A stretch of 64,000 nucleotides of DNA from Escherichia coli. Lineage in GTDB: Bacteria > Pseudomonadota > Gammaproteobacteria > Enterobacterales > Enterobacteriaceae. Made by a program: the position numbers and the translations under genes. Positions 19,014 through 30,528 of this stretch are shown here, in pieces (the first letter of the stretch is position 1; each line of letters starts with the position of its first letter). The notes beneath the pieces were generated by a model. That model had not been told where the DNA came from. It made no database searches and saw nothing but the letters and a program-made list of their open reading frames with translations. The stretch is from assembly GCF_050320075.1 (NCBI RefSeq), contig NZ_CP190018.1; one strand, 5' to 3'.

Positions 19014-20929
19014 CCTGCCTTGGTGTATGTCCAGTTAAATGTTGTTGTTCCCTGGCTTGTGATGGTTACAATCCTTCCTGTCACTGTAAATGATATCAAC
19101 CCTCCTGACTTAAGCGGAGTTAAAGTAAGTGTTGTTCCGTCCCACATGGCAAGCTGAAGCGAAGAGAAATTTGTTCCACTGCTTTCTGCCCAAACGCTTA
19201 TCAGGTACATCCCTTGGCTATTTGGCAGTTCAAACAACGTAGTTGCTACGTTAGCTGCAACAGCCTGAGTTCCTTTCGCTGTGTACACTGCTGGCAACTG
19301 ATTACCTGCAGAGCTTCGTGATTCAACATATGAGCCTGAAGTTTGCGTCCCAGTTAATGAGCAGTCAGTAAATACTCCATTCCCTGTGCTGTAAGTTGAT
19401 ATTACAGGAGTCCCACCAGTCGGAGCCTTAAACCGGCATCCCTCAGCAATTATTTTTGCTGTTGAGTCTGTCAGCAATGTGTTTGGGTATCCAGAGCCAG
19501 TGTAGGTTATTGATTCGCTATCAAGGAAGCTATCGGTACTTGATTTTATGTTAACAATGCTTGTGCCTGTTGCAAAGATAAATGCTGCTGTCCCACTCCC
19601 CGTTGTTTGCATTGAGTTTCCATGCCCGGCCAATCCTGATATATGGGCAATAGTATCATTAAGTTTTATATACGACGCAGTAATTCCATTTGTATTTTTT
19701 ATTATATTAGACTCACCATCATACCCTGTAATAGTAAGACACTTACATCCAGAAAAATATAACCCTGAGGAATCAAATGTATATTGCGACCCGTCAACTG
19801 TGATCTGGTCTCCTGCACAGTTTATTAGCTGAGGAGACAGGCAATTTACAACATACCATGCCTGTGCTGCATCCAGCACATAACATGTATCCCACTGTAT
19901 TGTCGTTCCGTTCGCCTTATAGAAACCATGCGCAACTCTCCTCGCCCATACCTGGGTATACTTTGTTAGGTAATTTCCAGAGTCATCATATATGGCCCAC
20001 CATGCACCATCAACCTCAACATTTTTAATGTGCATAACGCCTGGTGAAGTAGTTCCTCCATCAATTAGAATGCCAATTTTACCATCATTGCCAGTAGGTG
20101 ATGTAGGGCGTCCTCCATCGTAAAAAATATAGACATTTTCAATATTTATTGTATTAAACGCTGCGTGGTAATGGAAACAAGCTATATTTCCTATTACTGC
20201 TATGAAAGTTTCCGGCCTATTTATGTTGCTGTTTGTTTCGCCATTTATTGTGCAGTTTGAATTCATCTCTATCGTTGCATTTACGAAGTAAGTTCCAGAT
20301 GTCAATAATACATTCCGCCCTGTATTAATTGCGGCCTGTATGCCTGCATAGTCAAGAGACTGAGTTAGTGATGTTACGAATGGATAAACAGCCTGCGCCG
20401 CTGATAGTGTGGAGAATTTCTCGCTGAGTGGATGCAGAGTTCCGTCAGCTGTTGCACCGAAATCCTTGGCTGAAATGAAGTTGGTATTTTTATCATGTTG
20501 AGTTAAAGCTATTGAGCCGATATATGGCTGCTTAACTGCAACTAGTGCATCTCCCATTCCATCAGCATCGCTTTCTAACTGCTGCTTAAACTGATCAGGG
20601 TCATACTTCAGCACATTAGGAAAATAGAACTGCTGTGCACCATACGCATCATATACAGCCATAGAATGGCCTTGCACAGTTACGAACTTGGCAATCTGTC
20701 CGTTATATACAGGGTAACCAGCGGCGTTAATGATGATTGGTTGCGAAACAGGAACGTGAGAGCCGTCTTCGTTCTCTACATAAACCTGAATCTGGTTTTC
20801 TGGATTTACTGGGTCCGTGTCAATTTTACCGATATAAATTTTGCCATTGGCAACCGCTTTAAAAGAACGCGCCATAGTGAAGAGTTGCGAAGGCATGCTT
20901 ACCACAACATTTGCGGTGATATCTGACAT
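19010..20929 (-). CDS. Tailspike protein (P22 gp9-like head-binding domain, divergent receptor-binding domain)
   Basis: From internal Met: '[43 protein letters not shown]...VTVQGHSMA' matches P22 tailspike N-terminus; remainder differs. Confidence 0.8.
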
Positions 20930-21050
20930 TTCATTGCTCCAGACGAATGATATGATGCAACCATGATGTGATTGCATACCGAAATGGTACTATTGAGTAT
21001 TTATCCAGTAGGTTACGATGCCATTCCACCCAACTGGTGAGGCATCAAGG

Positions 21051-21311
21051 ATGTACAGCAAATACGACGAGGCGCAGTTTCACTTGAGACTTCCGCATGA
21101 ACTCCACGCGAAAATTAAGCAGCGTGCGAAGATGAATAACAGGTCGCTGAACTCAGAGATAATTGCAGCGATTGAGGAATCATTGGATAAACAAAGCTCT
21201 GCATCAGTTTACATTGACGATGCAGAGCGTATGGCAGAACAACAATCTGATATGGTTAAGAAAATTGTCTTTGATACGCTCAAGAAGCTATATAAAAAAG
21301 ACAGCAGATAA
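21051..21311 (+). CDS. mnt: Mnt-like ribbon-helix-helix repressor
   Basis: N-terminal Arc/Mnt RHH 'FHLRLPHELHAKIKQRAKMNNRSLNSEI', C-terminal 'AERMAEQQSDMVKKIVFDTLKKLYKK' matches P22 Mnt tail; antisense to late operon between gp16-like and tailspike. Confidence 0.7.
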   Translation: MYSKYDEAQFHLRLPHELHAKIKQRAKMNNRSLNSEIIAAIEESLDKQSSASVYIDDAERMAEQQSDMVKKIVFDTLKKLYKKDSR

Positions 21312-21400
21312 CCATCCGTTACGGAGGATTTATGCACAGAGATATGCTGAATATTGCGTTCTACATATTTGGTTTTTGCACGTTCCTGGTGTTTGCGAAG

Positions 21401-23794
21401 CTATTCTGACAGCGCATCAGACTTAGCCCCCTGAGTCAGGGCGTTAATGGCCTTTTGTGCCTGCTGCATGGCTTTCTCGAACGCTGTTGATCCGCGTGGG
21501 GTGTTTGCCATTCGGAGCATTGCATTTCTGAATGGCTCGCTCTCATAGGCGCGAGTAAGAAGTCCGTAGCTTACCGCTGCGCCAGTTGTCGCAGGGTTCA
21601 TTGCTGTCCCATATCCGATAATGAACGGGATGGTTTGCTGCCCTGTTGGTGTTGTTACTGCCGCTTTTGCAGCCTGCTGCGTGGATTGCAGGTAGTTTTT
21701 CAATCCTTTCAGATAAGCGGCTTCCTGACCTTTAAATGTGATGCCAGTCTGGTTTTGCAGGATGTTAAGCTGTCGAAGGAACTGGTCAGGGGAACCACCT
21801 GATTTCTCCATCGCCTTTCCAATGATGCCATTGCGCATTTGCGCCCTGCCAACACGACCAACTGAGTTATACAGCGTCTTAATTTCCGATTTGTTCTTGC
21901 TGAATAGCATGTTGTTGACAACTTCCGGCGTCAGGTCGCCTTTCATGAGAACATTCTTCAGCCTGGTATTCTTTAGTTTCGCCGCTTCGTCAGCGTAGAC
22001 GGCATTGGCCTGCTGATATTTACGGAGAGTATCGTTGCCAAGATTCTGACCAATGGCACCATTGATATCGTCGGTCATTGCCTTGTAAACGCGCTGAATG
22101 GCAGCATCGGAACGGTTTGGTAACACTGGTCGCTCCCCCTTCACGTCCATTCTGAACTGGCTGCGCAGATCGCTTAATTGCTTCAAATCCAGATTTACCG
22201 GACCATCAGGACCAGCATTGCGAACAAGCTCATCACGATAGGACTGAAGTTTTGAAATAGTCTCGTTATCAGCAACCTTACCAAGCTTCTGCAGGTTAGA
22301 TATTTCTGTATCAATCTGCTGAATTGCTCTTGCAGGCTGAATGTTTATTCCCGCCATAGCATTCTGAACCTGCTCCAGTCGATTTCCTGCAGCGCGACGA
22401 ATTCCTGATGTTTTCGCTTTAAGGCTGTCAATAACAACCGCTGGATCATACTCACCGAATTTATCAGCAAATCTCTGCACCAACTGGCTTCTCGCTTCCT
22501 GTTGCGTTGCTCTCATTCCGCTTGTGCCAGCCAGAGGGATATTTTCTGCTGTAGTCTGCGCCATTTTTCCGACGCGGGAAGTTGGTTGTAACAGGTCTGT
22601 GGTGTGCAGAGGAACTCCTTCACGCTCTGCAAATCTGATAGCCTGCTGCGCTTCTGGCGCGATAGCACCACGAACGCCACGATAAGCAGCACCTAACCCA
22701 CGTCCGGCAGCGTTAATAGCACCGCCAGTAAGTACACCAACGCCTAAATCGGTGGCGAGTGCTTCCGCATCATCTTTCGCACTATTTGCAGCAAGTGATC
22801 CAACTGCGTTTTCTGCGAGAAGTCGTGTTGCCCCCTGAGCAATTCGACCAGCAAGTGTTGGTGCCTGTGCCGCCGCTCTCTCAACGCCAGCAGGAGTGAG
22901 GTAAGGCAATGATTCAGCAAATACCCTTCCCTCTGTCGTTTGTGGAGTCAGCGCGCCTTGCTGAAGGCCAAAGTCCTGCTCTAATCCCTGCGTTGTTACT
23001 CGTGGCGCTGGTTGATATGTCCCATCGCCAATGCCGAGTTTACCTCCAGCCCAAGCCGCCGCGCTTGTTACAGCATCAGTGAGTTCAGCAGGTATGTTCG
23101 CTACGTTGATTCCTGCCTGTAGTAAGCCGCGCCCGGTTTCAGCAAGTCCATTACCAAGGTCAGACATTATTCCGCCTTGCTGCTGAACAGGTTTCGGTGC
23201 GACAGAACTTACGGGTTGAGGTGGCTGCTGACTGGCTGCCTGCTGCTCAATCTGAGCAAATGGATTATTTGGGTCTGACTGCACGCCTGATGCCGATACT
23301 TGTTCGGATGACTGTGCTTCCAGTTGTGCAAACGGGTTGTTAGGGTCTTGCTGAGGATGTACCTTTGCAGAGGTGGCGCGCTGTTCGACTGTTGAGTCTG
23401 TCACCGGGTCACCCGCCCATTGAGCAAAGCGATCATCAACGTAACCGCGGCCTTCAGGTCCTGGCGTATATTCACCACGCTTTGCCTTCATAACGTTGCC
23501 GGGACCGTCGTGATAAGCCTGAAGAGCGTCACGCCAGTTACCAAACTGCTGGTACATCTTTGCCAGATAGCGCGCGCCAGCGTCAGCCTGATATTCGGGG
23601 TTTTGCATTTGCTCATCGGTATAACCCATATCACGCCATGTCCCAGGCATGACCTGAGTCAATCCTACAGCCCCGGCGGAGCTTACTGCGGCAGGGTTGT
23701 AAGAAGACTCCTTGGCACCCAGTGCAGTCATCAACCCTTCTGGCACACCGTAACGTGCGCCAGCCTGCTCTAACAAATCACGGTAATTAGCCAT
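21401..23794 (-). CDS. Ejection/internal virion protein (P22 gp16 position) with N-terminal lytic transglycosylase domain
   Basis: 797 aa; SLT signature 'AKESSYNPAAVSSAGAVGLTQVMP...YLAKMYQQFGNW'; gene order. Confidence 0.7.
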   Translation of the reverse strand: MANYRDLLEQAGARYGVPEGLMTALGAKESSYNPAAVSSAGAVGLTQVMPGTWRDMGYTDEQMQNPEYQADAGARYLAKMYQQFGNWRDALQAYHDGPGNVMKAKRGEYTPGPEGRGYVDDRFAQWAGDPVTDSTVEQRATSAKVHPQQDPNNPFAQLEAQSSEQVSASGVQSDPNNPFAQIEQQAASQQPPQPVSSVAPKPVQQQGGIMSDLGNGLAETGRGLLQAGINVANIPAELTDAVTSAAAWAGGKLGIGDGTYQPAPRVTTQGLEQDFGLQQGALTPQTTEGRVFAESLPYLTPAGVERAAAQAPTLAGRIAQGATRLLAENAVGSLAANSAKDDAEALATDLGVGVLTGGAINAAGRGLGAAYRGVRGAIAPEAQQAIRFAEREGVPLHTTDLLQPTSRVGKMAQTTAENIPLAGTSGMRATQQEARSQLVQRFADKFGEYDPAVVIDSLKAKTSGIRRAAGNRLEQVQNAMAGINIQPARAIQQIDTEISNLQKLGKVADNETISKLQSYRDELVRNAGPDGPVNLDLKQLSDLRSQFRMDVKGERPVLPNRSDAAIQRVYKAMTDDINGAIGQNLGNDTLRKYQQANAVYADEAAKLKNTRLKNVLMKGDLTPEVVNNMLFSKNKSEIKTLYNSVGRVGRAQMRNGIIGKAMEKSGGSPDQFLRQLNILQNQTGITFKGQEAAYLKGLKNYLQSTQQAAKAAVTTPTGQQTIPFIIGYGTAMNPATTGAAVSYGLLTRAYESEPFRNAMLRMANTPRGSTAFEKAMQQAQKAINALTQGAKSDALSE

Positions 23795-25126
23795 TTACTG
23801 CCCCAAAGATGGAAGATATCCGTAGCGATTAATGAAGTCGATTGACAGTTCGGGGTGCTGCTTCAGGTAATCTATAGAAGCCTGAGGCGCTTCCACTCGC
23901 TTGATACCGTTTTGCTGAACGTACTTACCAACCGCCTCATTACGCTTCTGGTTGAGCGTGTTCAGGATGACGCCAGCGTTGCGACGAAAGGACTCCTCGC
24001 TCTGCGAGTTCTGCAGCGAACCAACAGCCTGGTCGAGCTTTTTGCCCTCGGCATCAGAAAGTGCGCCCATGCCTCGCATGGCCTGAACCGCTGTCAGGTA
24101 TGCTTGTGATTTAAAGGTATCAAGTCGTGCCTGAGTGTCTGCAGCCTGTGAGCCTGGAACGTTGGGGATTACTCCACGTAAGCCTGTAATGCTCTTAAGT
24201 GAAGGAGAACTAACGATATCGTTCAGAGTGAACATGCTGGTTGTGAGGGTGTTGATGCCGTCTTTGTAGCCATCATTTAGCGCTTGCTGCTTCTGCTGCA
24301 ACTGCTGGTTGTTGGCTGCTATGCGGCTCTGTATTTCCTGGCGCTTCAGGTCGTTAGTTTCTGCTGATAGCATCCGGTCAAGGCGCTTATTTTCGTTGTT
24401 AATGCGGTTTGTTTCTGCGTCCAGATTAATGCGCTGCTGACCTAAATTCGCCTGGATATCTTGCCCGCGCATTGTGATTGCTTGATTCCGAGCGGCGGTT
24501 TGCGAATCCAGGTCCTGACCGCGCATGGCAACCTGGCGACCCTGCATTTTATCCTGTAGGTCAAAGTATTTTTCGGGTCCGAGACTGTTCATCCCCAGGT
24601 GATCGACAAATTCTCCGAACTGCCGCGGGTTCTGTTGGTACATCTGAGCGACGTCCTGAGGATTAACGCCAACACGAGCTAACTCACCGGCGTTGTTTTG
24701 CAGCCATGATTGCATTGCTTCTGGAGACGATGACGCAAGGCGTGCGCCAGCCGCTAAGGTGCCGATAGAATTACGCTGGTCTTCATCAATGAATCCCATG
24801 CCTTTACGAACGGATTCAATCTGGTCTGGATATTGAGTAGCCAACTGACGCAAAGCACCGCGATCACCAGAAGCATAAGCATTAGCGTATGCCTGCTGAA
24901 ATTCTTTCTGCCGCTGAGCCTGCTTTTCCTGCTGAAACACCCCCGCAATACCTGAAAGGCCTTGCAAAGCAGTCAGCCCAACATTGTTAGCTCCTGAACG
25001 CTCAATATCATTGTTCTGCCTGATAAGCTGAAGCGTATTGCCGATGTCATTTACGCTCGGAGCGTTTGAGTTGACGCCGCCGATACCAGCCAACAATCCG
25101 CCATTTGATCCTTGCCAAGTAGCCAT
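23795..25126 (-). CDS. Ejection protein (P22 gp20-like)
   Basis: 443 aa, Gln/Asn-rich, position between gp7-like and gp16-like. Confidence 0.55.
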   Translation of the reverse strand: MATWQGSNGGLLAGIGGVNSNAPSVNDIGNTLQLIRQNNDIERSGANNVGLTALQGLSGIAGVFQQEKQAQRQKEFQQAYANAYASGDRGALRQLATQYPDQIESVRKGMGFIDEDQRNSIGTLAAGARLASSSPEAMQSWLQNNAGELARVGVNPQDVAQMYQQNPRQFGEFVDHLGMNSLGPEKYFDLQDKMQGRQVAMRGQDLDSQTAARNQAITMRGQDIQANLGQQRINLDAETNRINNENKRLDRMLSAETNDLKRQEIQSRIAANNQQLQQKQQALNDGYKDGINTLTTSMFTLNDIVSSPSLKSITGLRGVIPNVPGSQAADTQARLDTFKSQAYLTAVQAMRGMGALSDAEGKKLDQAVGSLQNSQSEESFRRNAGVILNTLNQKRNEAVGKYVQQNGIKRVEAPQASIDYLKQHPELSIDFINRYGYLPSLGQ

Positions 25127-25135
25127 GATTACCCC

Positions 25136-25828
25136 TTAAAACAACGAGCCAAGCAATCCGATACCAGCACCAATGCCAGCGCCCCAAGGTGTTGATGTTC
25201 CCAAAAGGCTGGCAAGACCTGCACCGGTAATCGCACCAGACGTGCCACCGCTAATTGCAGTCTGAAGACTTGATGGTTTATTGGCATTAGCAGCGGCAAG
25301 AGCTGCGCTTTGCTGTGCAATGCTGCTCATGTTGTTGGCGTACGTCTGCCCGGCGTTTGCCTGACCTTGCAGCGCACCAAGCCCAACGTTTGCCAGATTG
25401 TTGTAATTGCTCATCTGATTTGATAACCAAGACTGACCGAGTGTCGGCGCGATCGTAGCCAGTTGATTGCTTGTGGCTGTCGAACCAAGTCCACCCGTCG
25501 CCTCCGCAGCAGCAAGACTCTGGTAACGCGCCTGCCCTGCAAGGTCTTTATACTGCTGAGAGTTGTAATACTGATTAAGTGCCTGCCCCTGACCTTCTAA
25601 ACTGGAAAGGTTCTGAAGCTGGTTAACATACTGCTCCGCAAGAGGCGTGAACGGAGCAAGGTTTTTCATGATCGTCTGCCACTGCTGATTTTGCAGATCT
25701 GCAGCATACTTCTGAGCTTCTGCTGCATACTTTGCGCTTTTATCAGAACTGCCACCTTTCCCGCCTTTTTCAGGGCAATAAGGTTCCTCGCCGCGCAGTT
25801 TTCTGCCCAGCTTAAATGCATATAACAT
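25136..25828 (-). CDS. Ejection protein (P22 gp7-like)
   Basis: 230 aa, Gly/Ala/Ser-rich C-terminus, position in late operon. Confidence 0.55.
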   Translation of the reverse strand: MLYAFKLGRKLRGEEPYCPEKGGKGGSSDKSAKYAAEAQKYAADLQNQQWQTIMKNLAPFTPLAEQYVNQLQNLSSLEGQGQALNQYYNSQQYKDLAGQARYQSLAAAEATGGLGSTATSNQLATIAPTLGQSWLSNQMSNYNNLANVGLGALQGQANAGQTYANNMSSIAQQSAALAAANANKPSSLQTAISGGTSGAITGAGLASLLGTSTPWGAGIGAGIGLLGSLF

Positions 25829-25830
25829 GG

Positions 25831-26289
25831 CTATCTCCCGTGATTCAGGAAGTCGATTAGTTCTTCGCGTGTGGCGCTGTAAAAAGTCACGTCATCCACG
25901 CCTTTAAAGTATTTCTTGATGGTTCCGACACGCTTAAGGCCAATCATTGCGCAGTACATCTGACCGTGGCGGAATTTGCGTGCAGCGAACGATGTTACGC
26001 ACTGAACGGTGGTGTTAGTCAGAATGTATCTCCAGAACGCCAGCCCGATTTCCTTGCTGAAGCCGCGAATCTCTGGCAGGTACATGGCGTGGCAATCGAA
26101 TGTCAGCGGCTGAATCTCTTGATAGTAAACAATGCCGCCAAACTGACCGTGCACGTTAACCTCAAAGTAACGGCATTCAGGCTTGTAGTCGTATCCATCA
26201 CCGTTGTTGCTTCCGGCAATAATGTCAGGGTGATTTCCGACTGCTTCGATCAGGTCGATGTTTCGCGTTGGTTTGAACTGAATCATCAC
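25831..26289 (-). CDS. Virion protein (P22 gp14 position)
   Basis: 152 aa, between tail needle and gp7-like. Confidence 0.45.
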   Translation of the reverse strand: MMIQFKPTRNIDLIEAVGNHPDIIAGSNNGDGYDYKPECRYFEVNVHGQFGGIVYYQEIQPLTFDCHAMYLPEIRGFSKEIGLAFWRYILTNTTVQCVTSFAARKFRHGQMYCAMIGLKRVGTIKKYFKGVDDVTFYSATREELIDFLNHGR

Positions 26290-27134
26290 TGCTCCGCGAT
26301 TATCTTGATGGTTGTGGCAGTAAACGCCGCACCATTCGACTGAATGGTTAACGTACTGCCATTTGTGGCAAGAAATCCGTCTTTATCCACGCTGAAGAAC
26401 GTAGCTAACAAGATGTTATCGGTTGTTGTCGCCGAGTTGCGACTGCTTACCAGTGTGTCAGGAACAGAACCGGAAAAGGTTAGCTGCATTGACCTGTTGG
26501 CTGTTCCGCTGGGCCACGTCCCGACAATCGACAGCTTGAAGAACAGGGTTTTGTTCTCGTTGAACACAACCATCTTGTTGTTAACGGTGTCGAAGAATGG
26601 CGCCAACGCGCCGGATGACGGCGTGAGCGTTTTCAGCAGGCTAACAAGGTTGGTCGGCGCTGTCGGGATGGTTACAGATACGCCAGAGTAAACAACCTCT
26701 GACTTTTTGCGAGTAGTGGCATACTCCAGAGCATCGATGCGCGTTTCATGGTCTGAAACCTGCGATTCCAGCGACTGAACTCTGGTATCAAGCGACGCAA
26801 TATCGCTTTCATTCTGAGCTATTCGTGTTTCATGTTCCTGAAGAGTTGATTCTGCCTGGCTGATTCGCTCCTCATGATTAACAAGCGTTGCTTCCGCAGC
26901 AGAAATTCGCTGCTCATGGTCAGCGAGAATCACATCCTGCTCATCGTTCCTGACCTGTGCATCATAAGCGCCCTGTCCGGCCTCGTTGGCCTTGTTAGCC
27001 ACGTTACCAACATCAGTGCCCTGTGCGATAACGTAAAGCAGATACGACTGCGAGAAGATATTGCGTGGAAGGACTGATGTGTCGAGCCGCGTAGCCTGGA
27101 TGATTACCGGCACATTGAGATTCGAATCCGCCAT
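26286..27134 (-). CDS. Tail needle protein (P22 gp26-like N-terminus with C-terminal knob extension)
   Basis: '[43 protein letters not shown]' matches gp26 N-terminus; 282 aa vs 233 in P22. Confidence 0.75.
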   Translation of the reverse strand: MADSNLNVPVIIQATRLDTSVLPRNIFSQSYLLYVIAQGTDVGNVANKANEAGQGAYDAQVRNDEQDVILADHEQRISAAEATLVNHEERISQAESTLQEHETRIAQNESDIASLDTRVQSLESQVSDHETRIDALEYATTRKKSEVVYSGVSVTIPTAPTNLVSLLKTLTPSSGALAPFFDTVNNKMVVFNENKTLFFKLSIVGTWPSGTANRSMQLTFSGSVPDTLVSSRNSATTTDNILLATFFSVDKDGFLATNGSTLTIQSNGAAFTATTIKIIAEQ

Positions 27135-28552
27135 TACTCAATCCTTATCTGGCAGCCAGACAGAGTGACAGGTGACTTCGTGATAACGCGCAATTTGAAG
27201 CCGACATTTTTCCTGATGCGCCCTACTCGCTTCCACAAAACGCGTTTGTCGTAAACGAACGGTTCATTCTGCTCAATCATCTGCTCACGCCCGTAATTGA
27301 TGCCGTCAGTGGTTGCAGAGAGAAAAAGGCGGTCAGCATACTGCGCAACGCCAGTTGACGATTCAACCTCAAGGTCGAACACTCTGGCGTTATCCGCTTT
27401 GAACAGTGGAGTAAACAGCAGGTGTTCCTGTTGCTTGTCGTACTGGCTGCTGATGTCGAATTGCAATTTCCCGGTCACGGACTCCAGCTTATCGCCACAC
27501 GTTATCTGATTGCCTTCGTAAATGAAGTCGATAGCGCGGTACACATCGTCATACAGGCCTGTTTTCAGCACACACCATTGCGGACCATTGGCACTTGAAG
27601 ATGCGTCGTACACGAGGACGTGACGCGGAAGATGGATAATCAGCAACTCATGAGCATCAAACCGCAGCGATTCCATCACACCATCAGCCAGTTCATCAGC
27701 AGTGTAGGAGCGTAGTATTTTCTCAATGCTCGCGCTGGCGATTGGTGACACCTGACCGGAGCCGATGATGTATACAGACGGCGCACCTGTTGCCGGATTG
27801 CTGATAAACGCATAGGAATCAGCAAACGGCGTTTTGCAGTAAGTCCCGGCGATTCCTTTTTGCACCATCAGTGATGGCTGTGCGACATACAAAGCGGCAC
27901 CAACGGTGGTTGCGCCAGTCAGGGAGAAATATTCAATCGTCGATGAACCAAAGCAGACGATGAAGTCTCGCCATGTTCCGATGCCGATGATGCCGTCCGG
28001 CTGCGATTCTGCGCGATATTGTGCACTGTATCGGTCAGGGTGCGATTCGTCTTCAAGGTCAGTGATAAACCATGAATCAGTTCCGTCTTTTGACCACGCA
28101 TAACGCCCACGTAAGCGCGTAATGTCGCGAACTGAACCTAACTCGTACTGTGTGAATCCGCTGTCTGTAGGCCAGTTTGAGACGGTTTTAACCGTGCCAT
28201 CATAGCGATACTCGACCAGTTGACCATTAACGCCTACCGCCTGTGATGTTCGACCATGCGCCATTGATACTCTACCACTTCCGGCAACATCACCGACTTC
28301 ACTTTCTCCTTTGTACAGCTTGCCACCACACACGCGATAAACAGCACTCTGCGCCATGTTGTACTCGACGCCGCGAGATACACCGTTCACATCAGAACGT
28401 TTGGCAATGCCCGGGAATGAGCGAAGATATCCGCTGCTGTTGAGTATTTCTTTGGGTGTAGCCAGCATATTCACTGGCATATAGTCGATATAGTCAGCGT
28501 TTCTAAAGTCTTTGCCGACACCTTTCATAAGCGGAAGTTGCTGAATCGGCAT
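27134..28552 (-). CDS. Tail hub protein (P22 gp10-like)
   Basis: 472 aa (same as P22 gp10); position. Confidence 0.7.
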   Translation of the reverse strand: MPIQQLPLMKGVGKDFRNADYIDYMPVNMLATPKEILNSSGYLRSFPGIAKRSDVNGVSRGVEYNMAQSAVYRVCGGKLYKGESEVGDVAGSGRVSMAHGRTSQAVGVNGQLVEYRYDGTVKTVSNWPTDSGFTQYELGSVRDITRLRGRYAWSKDGTDSWFITDLEDESHPDRYSAQYRAESQPDGIIGIGTWRDFIVCFGSSTIEYFSLTGATTVGAALYVAQPSLMVQKGIAGTYCKTPFADSYAFISNPATGAPSVYIIGSGQVSPIASASIEKILRSYTADELADGVMESLRFDAHELLIIHLPRHVLVYDASSSANGPQWCVLKTGLYDDVYRAIDFIYEGNQITCGDKLESVTGKLQFDISSQYDKQQEHLLFTPLFKADNARVFDLEVESSTGVAQYADRLFLSATTDGINYGREQMIEQNEPFVYDKRVLWKRVGRIRKNVGFKLRVITKSPVTLSGCQIRIE

Positions 28553-28560
28553 TTATTCAC

Positions 28561-29043
28561 CTATGCGTTTGGGATATCGCCATCAATCAGAGGGAGATCG
28601 CCTGGGTAATATCGGTCAGATGTGAACACGTCATATTTATTACCCTGCCCTACAGGAAAATCTCCACGTCGTCGCATTGAAGGAACAACCAGAGTGTCGG
28701 TCATCAAGGCATCATATGAGCGTTGGGCGTTACTGAGAACTTGCGGAGTTGGCTCAAGGCTGTAATCAGATAGCATTCTCAACAATAACTGATAGCCTAC
28801 TGCGTGTTTGTATTTTCTTGGAAGACCTGACTCATCATCTGGTAATGGCTGCTCATCTCCAGTTGCGAAAGCGTAACCAATGTCGCCGGGGTTAATCATC
28901 CACTCTGACATCATATCTTCCAGATCATTTACACCATCTTCAATTGATTGCGGCTCAACATCAGTCAGCGATGCATTAGAAGCAATAGCAAACTTACGAA
29001 GCGCAAAAAGGACGATCTCACCCTTTGTCAGTGCTGTTGCCAT
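28561..29043 (-). CDS. Head-to-tail adaptor (P22 gp4-like)
   Basis: 'LRKFAIASNASLTDVEPQSIEDGVNDLEDMMSEW' resembles P22 gp4. Confidence 0.7.
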   Translation of the reverse strand: MATALTKGEIVLFALRKFAIASNASLTDVEPQSIEDGVNDLEDMMSEWMINPGDIGYAFATGDEQPLPDDESGLPRKYKHAVGYQLLLRMLSDYSLEPTPQVLSNAQRSYDALMTDTLVVPSMRRRGDFPVGQGNKYDVFTSDRYYPGDLPLIDGDIPNA

Positions 29044-29203
29044 TGTCCGCCGCCTTACGACCTCGCTTACTGGTCGGTTTCAATTCATCAACTGAGGCAA
29101 CAAAGCCCAACCTTTCGAAAAACTGGAAGTCTTTTTCTGCGATAACGGCCTGTACATGCCCGGATTCGTTATCTGCGGCAAGGAATACACTCATCCGATC
29201 CAT
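29018..29203 (-). CDS. Small hypothetical protein (61 aa)
   Basis: ORF between coat and gp4-like genes; weak support. Confidence 0.3.
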   Translation of the reverse strand: MDRMSVFLAADNESGHVQAVIAEKDFQFFERLGFVASVDELKPTSKRGRKAADNGNSTDKG

Positions 29204-29245
29204 ATTGTTTCCTTAAAACATAAAAGGGGCGTAAGCCCCTTGTTA

Positions 29246-30517
29246 TTACGGATTACCGAAGAACTGACCGCCCATGTGAGGGTTAAAGCACACATATGCA
29301 GGAAGTAAGTCGAAGCGCATTTTTTGCACGTTGGCATCGCCATCTGCGTATTTATGTACGCGGATGGAGAAACCTTCATATGTTGCAACAGCAGAATCAA
29401 TACTGTGCAGTTTCGGCAGTGGGATAGAGCCAAGTCCACAGAAGAACTTGTTATAGAACAGGTTTGGCTTCATTGTCTGGCTAGCAGTGCCTACTACAGA
29501 TACGGCATCGCCTGCCTCTACCTGACGACTTACAGAGTTGTACTGCGGGTTTGTAGTGTCATAAATCGGAACACCAGAAAGCGTAACCGTCACATCGCCA
29601 CTGCTGTCTGAATTAGCATCAGCAGTAACCGTTGCAGTGAAGCTAATTGGTGTGGCTCCGTTATACAACGCCTGTTTGGTCTGCTGTTGCAGCCAGTAGG
29701 TATTGGTGAATTTAACCTGATCACCAGCTTTCAGAAAACCTGTAACGCTGGCTGTCGCTCCGGTCAATGTTACAGTGAACTGGTATGAGTCTTTAACTGC
29801 GTTATAGGTAACAGTTGGCTGTGTTTTGACTGTCAGTGTTCCGCCAAATGCCCCCTGCGTACGAGAGGCAAGCCCATTAGACATCAGTGCGCGAATGCCG
29901 CCAAAATTGGTTGGAATCTGCGCATTCTCCCATGCAGTACGAACCAATTGATCTGAAGCGTGCAAACCAGTCTGCGCATCAGCAAGTCGCTGTGCAGACC
30001 ATGGATCCATTACAGCATAGTTTTCACCTTCATTAACGCCGAGGTCTTTCAGGAAAGATGCCGTCTGCGCAACATCAGACCATTTGGTGATTGGAGTATT
30101 GGGGCTACCAAGTGACAACGCACCGTTATTCATCATGAAGTGAGCAAGCTCTGTTTCAAGGTCGGTAACGATTCGCTGGCGAACCGGCGCGAGAATTTCT
30201 TCCAGTTGGTTAAGCTTGATCGCTTCCTCCAGTTGCTGATATTCAACAGCAACAGTGATGTAGTTACCTACACGCCCCGTAGCTTTACCTGAGATCAGGT
30301 TGTTTTTATTTTGCCCTGAAATATCACCAGTGGGAGTACGGAGGGATGAGAATTGATGCGGACGTTTAAAGCTAACGCTATCGCCAGTGCTGGAGTTGAT
30401 TTCACCTGCCAGCAACTGACGGTCTACGGTTTTCGCCAGAACTAAATCTGACATAAAACCCGGAAGGAATTTTTTCAGAACGATTTGACTGACGTTACTG
30501 TCGAGATTGTTAGGCAT
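29246..30517 (-). CDS. Major coat protein (Sf6/P22-like module)
   Basis: 423 aa downstream of scaffold gene; size and position match Sf6-type coat. Confidence 0.75.
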   Translation of the reverse strand: MPNNLDSNVSQIVLKKFLPGFMSDLVLAKTVDRQLLAGEINSSTGDSVSFKRPHQFSSLRTPTGDISGQNKNNLISGKATGRVGNYITVAVEYQQLEEAIKLNQLEEILAPVRQRIVTDLETELAHFMMNNGALSLGSPNTPITKWSDVAQTASFLKDLGVNEGENYAVMDPWSAQRLADAQTGLHASDQLVRTAWENAQIPTNFGGIRALMSNGLASRTQGAFGGTLTVKTQPTVTYNAVKDSYQFTVTLTGATASVTGFLKAGDQVKFTNTYWLQQQTKQALYNGATPISFTATVTADANSDSSGDVTVTLSGVPIYDTTNPQYNSVSRQVEAGDAVSVVGTASQTMKPNLFYNKFFCGLGSIPLPKLHSIDSAVATYEGFSIRVHKYADGDANVQKMRFDLLPAYVCFNPHMGGQFFGNP

Positions 30518-30528
30518 TTATCTTTTCC

